From contig JBGSSJ010000014.1 of assembly GCA_041737125.1 (NCBI GenBank), positions 68,375 to 132,374 on the forward strand: a stretch of DNA of 64,000 nt, in the 5' to 3' direction. Below, piece by piece: positions 56,646 to 64,000 of the stretch. Numbering within the stretch: the first letter of the stretch is position 1; each line of letters begins with the position of its first letter. The translations under genes and the position numbers were made by a program. This DNA comes from Minisyncoccia bacterium (GTDB taxonomy: Bacteria > Patescibacteriota > Minisyncoccia > Phycocordibacterales > UBA9973). Below the pieces are notes generated by a model. The model saw only the letters and a list, made by a program, of their open reading frames with translations. It was not told where the DNA came from and made no database searches.

Positions 56646-57158
56646 TTAAGCAGTTTTTTTATAAATTACAAATGAGTAAGCGGGGTTTTGATCCATGCGA
56701 TCGTTTCTTGATGTTTCTTGCCAAATACTTTTATCAATAATAGGGAAGAGGGTGTCACCTTCAAAATCTTGATGAACTTCAGTGATGTAAAGCTTGTTTG
56801 CTTTATCCATGGCTTGTCTATATATCTCGCCTCCACCGATGATGAAGACTTCTACTTCATCTTGATTCTCTTCAAATTCTCTACCTTGTTCAAGGGAAGC
56901 TAAACGTAGTGCTTCCTCGAGTGATGTCACAACTTCAATCCCTTGTGCACCGTATGTAGCATCACGAGTGATAACAATATTCTTCCTTTTCGGCAAAGGT
57001 CTACCTATGCTTTCATAAGTCTTCCTTCCCATTATGACAGTGTGCCCACGTGTGGTATCTAAGAAGTACTTCATATCCTCGGGAATATCCCAAAGCAAAG
57101 TATTACCTCCACCTATAATATTATTCTTTGCAACTGCAGCAATGAGAGAGATGATCAT
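56646..57158 (-). CDS. folA: dihydrofolate reductase
   Basis: IAAVAKNNIIGGGNTLLW and VIMGRKTYESIG motifs. Confidence 0.85.
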   Translation of the reverse strand: MIISLIAAVAKNNIIGGGNTLLWDIPEDMKYFLDTTRGHTVIMGRKTYESIGRPLPKRKNIVITRDATYGAQGIEVVTSLEEALRLASLEQGREFEENQDEVEVFIIGGGEIYRQAMDKANKLYITEVHQDFEGDTLFPIIDKSIWQETSRNDRMDQNPAYSFVIYKKTA

Positions 57159-57160
57159 AA

Positions 57161-58033
57161 TTATATTGCAATCTCAAAAGGGATACGATCATAACTTTCA
57201 TAACCAGAAATTTTTGTATCTTCTGCTTTCCATTCAAATATTGATTTCCAATTATTTGTTTCTATTTTAGCTAATGGATATTTATTAGGGTCACGTGATA
57301 ATTGTTCTCTTGCTCCTTCAACATGATTTTCAAAAAGATGAACATCAGCTAGAAATCCCACAAGCTTGCCTTCTTTCAATCCTGCTTCTTTGGCAATCAA
57401 GTGAAGAAGTATTGCATAACTTGCAATATTAAAAGGAAGTCCAAGCATTGTATCGACAGATCTTTGATTCCAAAGTAAATTTACTCTTCCATTTATCGTG
57501 GTAACTTGAAAAGAGTAGTGGCAAGGTGGTAATCCCATTTCTTCTAGCTGTTGAGGATTCCAAGCATTCACAATCATTCGACGGTCTCTTGGATTTCTTT
57601 TTAAAGTATCTATTAATTTTTTTAATTGATCTATTCCTTGACCTGCATAATCTGTATCATAGTTTTCATATTTTGCATTGAAATGACGCCATTGGAATCC
57701 ATATATAGGACCAAGGTCACGCTCTTCTAGCATTCTTTTTTTGGATTCTTCATCGTGTCCATAAGGAGCTTTCTTCGGACTTGCCCACTCATCCCAAATA
57801 TGATTGTTTCTATCTAATAACCATTGTTTGTCTGTAATACCATTAATAAAAAATTCTAGCTCAGTAGAAATAAGTCTAAAGGGCATTTTTTTAGTTGTAA
57901 GCAAAGGAAAACCTTTGGACATATCATGTTCAAATATCGCTCCAGCCATGGTATATGCTTTAGTTCCTTGTCTTGTTTCTACTAATTCACCAGTTTCTAA
58001 TACTTTTTTTACAATGTCTAAATATGCTCTCAT
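57161..58033 (-). CDS. thyA: thymidylate synthase
   Basis: LPPCH motif with active-site Cys and overall ThyA similarity. Confidence 0.9.
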   Translation of the reverse strand: MRAYLDIVKKVLETGELVETRQGTKAYTMAGAIFEHDMSKGFPLLTTKKMPFRLISTELEFFINGITDKQWLLDRNNHIWDEWASPKKAPYGHDEESKKRMLEERDLGPIYGFQWRHFNAKYENYDTDYAGQGIDQLKKLIDTLKRNPRDRRMIVNAWNPQQLEEMGLPPCHYSFQVTTINGRVNLLWNQRSVDTMLGLPFNIASYAILLHLIAKEAGLKEGKLVGFLADVHLFENHVEGAREQLSRDPNKYPLAKIETNNWKSIFEWKAEDTKISGYESYDRIPFEIAI

Positions 58034-58084
58034 GTCCTCATTATACAGTTTTTATTTTCTTCTTCAACATGGTAAAATCTCTGT

Positions 58085-59344
58085 ATGAATTACATCAAAC
58101 TACAAGACGAGGAGGTATTACAAGCAATAGAGGGTGAGGCACGTCGTGAAGAGGATGGACTAGAACTTATCCCTTCCGAGAACTATGTGTCCATGGCAGT
58201 GCGCGAAGCGAACGGTTCTGTATTTACTAACAAATACTCTGAAGGTTATCCAGGTAAGCGCTACTACGGTGGGCAGGATTTCACTGACCAAGTAGAGAGG
58301 CTAGCTATAGCTCGCGCCTGTGAACTATTTAATTGTAAGTTTGCTAACGTCCAGCCTCACTCTGGTGCACCTGCGAACCTCGCTGTCTACTCTGCATTAC
58401 TTGAGCCGGGCGACACAGTGCTCGGTATGGATCTCTCACACGGTGGGCACCTTACTCATGGCCACCCGATGACACTACCTGCGAAGATTTATAATTTCGT
58501 CACTTATAAAATGAAGGACCCCGACACAGGAGAGATAGATTACGATGCCCTACGCCAGGTGGCTATTGAGACGAAGCCAAAAATTATCCTTGCTGGATTC
58601 TCTGCTTATTCCCGAACTCTGGATTACCAGAAGTTTGTAGATATTGCAAAAGAAGTCGGAGCTATAACTATGGCTGACATGGCGCACATTGCAGGGCTGA
58701 TAGCTGCGAAAGCACTTCCAAATCCATTTGATTTCGGTTTCGATATTATTACCACTACTACACACAAGACACTTCGTGGTCCACGCGGAGGTATGATACT
58801 GACAAGAGAGAATGAAGATATAGCAAAGAAGATCGACAAATCTATCTTCCCAGGTATCCAAGGTGGCCCACATATGCACACGATAGCTGCGAAAGCTATT
58901 GCTTTCGGTGAAGCATTGAGACCTGAATTTAAAAAATATGCACAGCAAATATTAAAAAATGCGAAAGCTATGGAAGAAGTTTTGCGAGAGAGTGGTGTCC
59001 GTATGATTGGTGGAGGTACAGACAATCACCTTATACTTGCTGATGTCTTCGGCTCACTCGGAGTCACAGGTAAAGAAGCACAAACAGTGCTTGATGAAGT
59101 AGGTATTACACTCAATATGAACTCTATAGCAGGTGACACAAGGAAGCCTCTTGATCCATCCGGCATACGCTTCGGTACTCCAGCTATAACTACACGAGGT
59201 TTCAAAGAAGAAGATTGCAAAGAAGTAGCAAGGCTCCTCATCGAGACGTTGAAGAACAAAGATGATTCCACAAAGAAAGCAGAAATAAAAGCAAAAATTA
59301 AAACCCTCGCCCACGCCCACCCAATACCTGAAAGCTTCATATAA
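58085..59344 (+). CDS. glyA: serine hydroxymethyltransferase
   Basis: PLP-lysine region TTTTHKTLRGPRGG. Confidence 0.9.
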   Translation: MNYIKLQDEEVLQAIEGEARREEDGLELIPSENYVSMAVREANGSVFTNKYSEGYPGKRYYGGQDFTDQVERLAIARACELFNCKFANVQPHSGAPANLAVYSALLEPGDTVLGMDLSHGGHLTHGHPMTLPAKIYNFVTYKMKDPDTGEIDYDALRQVAIETKPKIILAGFSAYSRTLDYQKFVDIAKEVGAITMADMAHIAGLIAAKALPNPFDFGFDIITTTTHKTLRGPRGGMILTRENEDIAKKIDKSIFPGIQGGPHMHTIAAKAIAFGEALRPEFKKYAQQILKNAKAMEEVLRESGVRMIGGGTDNHLILADVFGSLGVTGKEAQTVLDEVGITLNMNSIAGDTRKPLDPSGIRFGTPAITTRGFKEEDCKEVARLLIETLKNKDDSTKKAEIKAKIKTLAHAHPIPESFI

Positions 59345-59347
59345 TTT

Positions 59348-59722
59348 ATGGGATCATTTATTGAAATAAACGACACATTGCAAATAAACAAGGAACAAGG
59401 TTTCCCCGTTGATGTTTTAGATATTCATAAGCATTTAGAAGATCCATACACTACAGAGCAGTTTGTAGATAAAGTTTTTAGTTTTAAAGATAAGCCACAA
59501 ATCCGTTTATATAAAGTACCACCTGTTAGGAATTTTCTGGTAGAGAATAGAGATTGTAAATGGATTTACTGGGGTCTGTGTCATATAACAGAAACAACTT
59601 GTGATTATGTAAACAAAATAACTTCAGGTAAATTCAAAATAATATACATAAACACACCCGAGGAAATGAAGAAAGCACATGAATTAATAGATCGAAACCC
59701 AGATACTAACTACTTTAGTTAA
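59348..59722 (+). CDS. hypothetical protein
   Basis: ORF only. Confidence 0.35.
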   Translation: MGSFIEINDTLQINKEQGFPVDVLDIHKHLEDPYTTEQFVDKVFSFKDKPQIRLYKVPPVRNFLVENRDCKWIYWGLCHITETTCDYVNKITSGKFKIIYINTPEEMKKAHELIDRNPDTNYFS

Positions 59723-59740
59723 GTAAAGTATATAAATAAT

Positions 59741-60343
59741 ATGATTGAAGTAGAAAAGAAAACTCAACCCACAGAAGAACAACTTGAGGTCTTACTAAAA
59801 GAAGCAGAGTTTATCCAAGAAAAAATAATACACGATATGTATTATGATTTTCCAGATTATAGTTTATTTAAAAAAGGTATCAGATTACGTAAACGTGACT
59901 CAGGATTTGAATTAAAAGGATATTTAGGTAATTCGGACTCTGTATCTATAAGAGCTGCAAGAGAAATAGAAGATGAATCTGAAATTAAAAAACATTTAAA
60001 CATGGGTGACGATAAATCTCTTGAAGAAATAATAAATAAAGATTTTATATTATTGTGTGGATACACAACAAAAAGAAAAAAATATAAAAAAGAGGGTTTT
60101 ATTATCGACGTGGATGAAACAGATTTTGGGTACAATATGACTGAAATTGAAATACCCGTAGAAGATGAAACTAAAATTAAAGAAGCTGAGGATAGATTAA
60201 TATCTTTTGCTAAGAAATATAATTTAGAAATACTAGACCTGCCGATTAAGCCTGATGAATATTTAAGAAGACTAAAGCCTGAAATATATAATCTTATTCA
60301 CAGGAAGGAGGATGAAAAAAGTAAAGAGTTTAAAATGAAATGA
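59741..60343 (+). CDS. CYTH-domain (triphosphate tunnel metalloenzyme) protein
   Basis: N-terminal EVEKK (ExExK) motif and C-terminal EIEIPVEDE acidic motif. Confidence 0.5.
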   Translation: MIEVEKKTQPTEEQLEVLLKEAEFIQEKIIHDMYYDFPDYSLFKKGIRLRKRDSGFELKGYLGNSDSVSIRAAREIEDESEIKKHLNMGDDKSLEEIINKDFILLCGYTTKRKKYKKEGFIIDVDETDFGYNMTEIEIPVEDETKIKEAEDRLISFAKKYNLEILDLPIKPDEYLRRLKPEIYNLIHRKEDEKSKEFKMK

Positions 60344-61029
60344 ACAATATGAACCTAAAAGATAAAATTGTAGTAATAACAGGAGGGGTAAGTGGCTTAG
60401 GCAGATATATGGCCGAAGTATTTATTTCTCGTGGGGCTATAGTTATCGTCACTACACATAGCGAGGTATCAGAGGCTTCTACAGACAAACTTATTATTAT
60501 GCAGTCCGATATTCGGAATGAGGACGATGTGAACAAATTAGCAGATGAAGTCGTAGCGAAATTCGGCCGGACAGATATCTGGGTGAATAATGCCGGTATC
60601 TGGTACCCGAATATGCCTATTGAAGAAGTTGATATGAATCGCGCACATGACGTATTCGAGACGAATGTGTTCGGCACTATGTACGGCTCTCGGTCTGCGA
60701 TGATTCAAATGCGTAAACAACAATCTGGGGCTATTGTGAATATAGTGTCGACGGCTGTTTTAAAGCTGCGACTGATGACTTCTATCTATACTGCTAGTAA
60801 GTGCGCAGTCGATGGATTTACGAAAGGCTTGCGCATGGAGCTTGAAGGTAGTGGTGTGAAGGTGTTTAGTATTTACCCAGGAGGAATGAAAACAAATCTT
60901 TTCGACGAGAAGAAGCCTGCGGACTTCGATGACTATATGGACCCAAATGATATCGCAAAAAAAATTGTAGATAATATAGAATCTGAGAATGGAGAGCTTG
61001 AGTTAATTATCAGAAGACCGAAAAAGTAA
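60340..61029 (+). CDS. SDR-family short-chain dehydrogenase/reductase
   Basis: TGGVSGLGRYMA cofactor motif and YTASK catalytic motif. Confidence 0.8.
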   Translation: MNNMNLKDKIVVITGGVSGLGRYMAEVFISRGAIVIVTTHSEVSEASTDKLIIMQSDIRNEDDVNKLADEVVAKFGRTDIWVNNAGIWYPNMPIEEVDMNRAHDVFETNVFGTMYGSRSAMIQMRKQQSGAIVNIVSTAVLKLRLMTSIYTASKCAVDGFTKGLRMELEGSGVKVFSIYPGGMKTNLFDEKKPADFDDYMDPNDIAKKIVDNIESENGELELIIRRPKK

Positions 61030-61613
61030 TGCTACCGAATTACTTCGCCTATATATCCATAGTCACTTCGCTCATAGGCGGGATTTCATATATTCGGTCG
61101 ACTTTGAAAGGTGACACTAAGCCGAATCAAGCAAGCTGGCTTATATGGTTCCTAGCGGCGACCACTGCGTCATTCGTACAGCTCGCTTATGGAGCGAAAG
61201 CTTCATTTATACCAATATTCATGGCTGGGTTCATACCACTCATTGTCCTTATTGCTTCATTTAGGAATAAGAATTCATACTGGGAAGCGGGTAGATTAGA
61301 ATATGTTTGTCTTGTCTTAGCAATACTTTCTATTATTATGTTTGTAGTTTTCAAGACGGGGATTTGGGCTACAGTGTTCGCTATCCTTGCTGATGGATTG
61401 GGCTTTATACCTACATTCGTGAAATCTTGGCGCGAGCCGAAGACGGAGAACCTTGGTCCTTTTGTTTCCGGTATATTTAATCCTACTGTTACGATGCTGA
61501 CACTTCCTATATTGTCGTTTAACACAGCAGGATTTGCTATCTATCTATTCTTTGGGAACTTGATGGAGATTATTATTGTTTTATACAGAAAAAGAGTATT
61601 ATATAAATCATAA
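61029..61613 (+). CDS. membrane protein, hypothetical
   Basis: Five to six TM helices. Confidence 0.4.
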   Translation: MLPNYFAYISIVTSLIGGISYIRSTLKGDTKPNQASWLIWFLAATTASFVQLAYGAKASFIPIFMAGFIPLIVLIASFRNKNSYWEAGRLEYVCLVLAILSIIMFVVFKTGIWATVFAILADGLGFIPTFVKSWREPKTENLGPFVSGIFNPTVTMLTLPILSFNTAGFAIYLFFGNLMEIIIVLYRKRVLYKS

Positions 61614-61617
61614 ACAT

Positions 61618-62079
61618 ATGGCTCACATACACGACAAAATAGATTTCACTGTAGAAGTATTTATTGTTCACAAGAACAAAGTTCTTCTTCGTATGCATGA
61701 CAAGCATAATATCTGGCTATCTGTCGGTGGGCATATAGAGCTCGATGAAGATCCAATAGAGGCAGCCTATAGAGAAGTGAAAGAAGAGGTAGGCTTGGAT
61801 ATAAAGATTGCAGGTGAAGCGCTTTCTTTCGGCGAAGATGATTATTCATACCTAGTAACTCCGAAGTATTTAGGTCGCCACAAAGTAAATGATAATCATG
61901 AGCATGTAGTGTTCGTATATTTTGCTACTGCAAATACAGATATACTTACTGACTCTACTCTCGAACACGAGAAAGGAGCAGAGACGAAGTGGGCGACACT
62001 TGCTGATCTACAAAGTATGAACTTACGACCCAATATCCTACACTTGGCAACTGAAGCATTAAAAGAATTAGGAGAATAA
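61618..62079 (+). CDS. NUDIX hydrolase
   Basis: NUDIX box GGHIELDEDPIEAAYREVKEEVGL; start moved to Met of MAHIHDK. Confidence 0.75.
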   Translation: MAHIHDKIDFTVEVFIVHKNKVLLRMHDKHNIWLSVGGHIELDEDPIEAAYREVKEEVGLDIKIAGEALSFGEDDYSYLVTPKYLGRHKVNDNHEHVVFVYFATANTDILTDSTLEHEKGAETKWATLADLQSMNLRPNILHLATEALKELGE

Positions 62080-62185
62080 TTAATTTATTTTTTTAATTAC
62101 ACTTAAAACAGGGGAACCAAGTTTTTCTGGATCCATTTCTTTTTCGAATAGTATATAAGGATTATTTTGATTGTCATATTTAATC

Positions 62186-62848
62186 TCAGCATTTAATTCT
62201 TTTATTTTCAGGGTCAATAATTTCGTTTGGGACCCAATAAGGGTCCTTCATATAATTATCATGTTTTATTTGTATAGGTATCAGCGAGTATAAATTAGGA
62301 TCATTTAATCGATTTAAAATAAGATCAAGATTATCTACGGGTTGGTAGTTATTTTTTAAAAACCAATTTAAAACTCGTAGTTGTGATATTTCACCAAATA
62401 ATAAATGAGTATCTATTTTTTTATTTTTTATTAAAATTTTAAAATAATTTTCTATCCAAGAATAAATATCACTACCAGAAATACCCTCATTTTTTGCGTG
62501 AGCTAGTCTATGTTCTAAATCCCAGACTTCTTGTTCTTGATTATTAATTATTTTTTTCTTTTTATTAAAAGTGAATTCTGAAATATTTATATCATCACGT
62601 GCAAGTTCAAAAGTTATTTTTTCTAAATTATAATTATATTCTTGTGTGCTGATATAGTATTCAAATTCATTATCTATACCAAATTTCTTTTGGTATCTTT
62701 TTTTAAGTCCAAGTGATTCACCTCCCGGAACATTTGTAGAATTATTCCACTCAGATAAAACTTCTTTTTCTGGGGGTTGGCCTTTGAAAAAAGTCTCTAA
62801 ATCACTCTTCTTTTCTATTTTTGGGTTGGTTGATAAGTATTCTTTCAT
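62186..62848 (-). CDS. hypothetical protein
   Basis: ORF only. Confidence 0.35.
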   Translation of the reverse strand: MKEYLSTNPKIEKKSDLETFFKGQPPEKEVLSEWNNSTNVPGGESLGLKKRYQKKFGIDNEFEYYISTQEYNYNLEKITFELARDDINISEFTFNKKKKIINNQEQEVWDLEHRLAHAKNEGISGSDIYSWIENYFKILIKNKKIDTHLLFGEISQLRVLNWFLKNNYQPVDNLDLILNRLNDPNLYSLIPIQIKHDNYMKDPYWVPNEIIDPENKRIKC

Positions 62849-62903
62849 AATGCTTAGTTTAGCAGATTTTTATTTTTTGACTAATATGTAGTATAGTCTC
62901 TAT

Positions 62904-63623
62904 ATGAGAAAAGGCAAATTAATAGTCATAGACGGCACAGACGGCAGTGGTAAGGCTACGCAAGTGGAACTTTTGCGCAAGCGCTTGGTGGCAGAAGGGA
63001 ATAAGGTGCGAGTTATAGACTATCCAGAATACTACAAGAACTTTTTCGGTAAATTCATCGGGCACTGTCTGTCCGAGCAGTATTATAACTTCGTGAAAGT
63101 ACATCCGAAGATTGCATCAGTACTTTATGCTGCAGACAGATTTGAGTCGAAAGACGAGACGGTAGGCTGGCTTTCGAAAGGCTATGTCGTGATAGCGAAT
63201 CGTTATGTCTCTGCGAATCAGATTCACCAAGGAGGCAAGATAAAGAGTCCGAAGAAGCGCCAAGCATTCATAGAGTGGCTAGAAGAGATGGAGTATAAAG
63301 TTTTCAAAATTCCAAAGCCTGATGTGGTGTTCTATTTAGACTTGCCGATAAAGTTATCGAAAGCTCTCATCAAAGAGAGGAATAAGAATGCCGTACGTTC
63401 ATATCTAGGGAATAAAAAAGATGTTCACGAGAAAGATCTTGAGTTTCTCGAGAATTCTAGGAAGAGCGCTCTTTGGCTTGCCAAGACTCAGAAGAATTTC
63501 CTAAAGATAGATTGCGCACAGGGTGCCTCTATCCGCATGCGTGAAGACATACATGAAGAGATTTATAATAAAGTAAAGATTTTGGTAAAAAAAATCCAGC
63601 ACCAAAAGGTACTGGATCTGTGA
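62904..63623 (+). CDS. tmk: thymidylate kinase family protein
   Basis: P-loop IVIDGTDGSGKATQ and overall NMP-kinase layout. Confidence 0.7.
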   Translation: MRKGKLIVIDGTDGSGKATQVELLRKRLVAEGNKVRVIDYPEYYKNFFGKFIGHCLSEQYYNFVKVHPKIASVLYAADRFESKDETVGWLSKGYVVIANRYVSANQIHQGGKIKSPKKRQAFIEWLEEMEYKVFKIPKPDVVFYLDLPIKLSKALIKERNKNAVRSYLGNKKDVHEKDLEFLENSRKSALWLAKTQKNFLKIDCAQGASIRMREDIHEEIYNKVKILVKKIQHQKVLDL

Positions 63624-63829
63624 CATCAAAGAGTTACTTATTAACCCAAACTCTCTTCGATGCCAATTACTTTGGTTTTTTGCCAGCGTTCATCGCTGGT
63701 GTTACTTTTTTGGAGGGTGGGGTATTTTTTACCCTAACCCTTTTATGCCTTGTTTTTTCTGATCCACGCCCTTTAAGGCTTTGGGGCGTAGGACCGTACT
63801 TTTTGCCCATCGGTTTTTGTATTAGTTAA
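63620..63829 (+). CDS. hypothetical small membrane protein
   Basis: ORF only. Confidence 0.2.
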   Translation: MTSKSYLLTQTLFDANYFGFLPAFIAGVTFLEGGVFFTLTLLCLVFSDPRPLRLWGVGPYFLPIGFCIS

Positions 63830-63899
63830 AACCAAATTATCATGAATACCATTATTTGTCAAATAAATTCTTAAAACAAATTATGGTATATTTATAATA

Positions 63900-64000
63900 T
63901 GAAGATTCCAGTTATAAATGAAGATGGAGAAGTAATAGGCTATGAAGAAAGAACTATTGTTCACGAAAAAGGAATGCTTCATCCAGAAGTTTTCGTCCTT
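63900..64000 (+). CDS. partial CDS (N-terminus MKIPVINEDGEVIGYEERTIVHEKGMLH), possibly NUDIX/Idi-like; runs off window
   Basis: ATG at 63900, open to the window end. Confidence 0.25.

Noticed and set aside
1-64000. CRISPR array or cas genes
   Set aside because: No array of short regularly spaced repeats is present. The direct repeats found occur only twice and are kilobases apart, flanking genes.
1-64000. Alternative genetic code (UGA as Gly, as in some CPR lineages)
   Set aside because: An RF2 gene with an SPF motif is present and genes such as prfB terminate at TGA. ORF lengths are sensible under code 11.

Overview
AT-rich, gene-dense bacterial window with short proteins and many tRNA genes, in the style of a reduced (CPR/Patescibacteria-like) genome. 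Standard genetic code is inferred: RF2 is present and the prfB gene ends at a TGA stop. Housekeeping blocks are prfB-ftsE-ftsX-pyrG (6.4-10.7 kb) and, from 43.6 kb to the end, CDF transporter, pyrD, ABC-F, HtrA, dCMP deaminase, folA-thyA, glyA and tmk. Middle (10.7-28 kb): a 1248-aa secreted multidomain protein (tandem LamG-like lectin repeats, FN3, SGNH/sialate-O-acetylesterase-like domain, peptidoglycan-binding C-terminus) flanked by ~60-bp direct repeats; membrane transporters; a thioredoxin plus CcdA-MsrA-MsrB fusion operon. Left edge: two hypothetical genes, then a large serine recombinase whose 3' end overlaps tRNA-Asp, followed by a partial tRNA-Asp copy and a tRNA cluster. The main accessory island lies between gtrA (28.06 kb) and the CDF transporter gene (43.65 kb). 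It contains, in order: (i) a co-directional operon headed by a LexA-like S24 repressor followed by TIR-like (DUF1863/ThsB-type), caspase-like (C14 His/Cys dyad), a second TIR-like, a SLATT-like multi-TM protein and further unknowns, which looks like an undescribed Thoeris-like/abortive-infection module; (ii) across a palindrome-rich switch region from that LexA, a ParB-nuclease-domain/DNA-methyltransferase fusion, terminase small and large subunits and a second large serine recombinase with a palindrome-rich upstream region (phage-satellite-like remnant); (iii) a full-length LexA fused in one ORF to a cytosine-5 DNA methyltransferase, tail-to-tail with a small putative restriction endonuclease; (iv) tRNA-Gln, a degenerate tRNA-Gln paralog, a GIY-YIG mini-ORF and a recurring GC-rich ~47-nt palindromic element that is nested in or around tRNA sequences at three loci. 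No rRNA or CRISPR array was seen. All domain calls come from motif recognition by eye without database searches, and coordinates of short RNA features may be off by a few bases.
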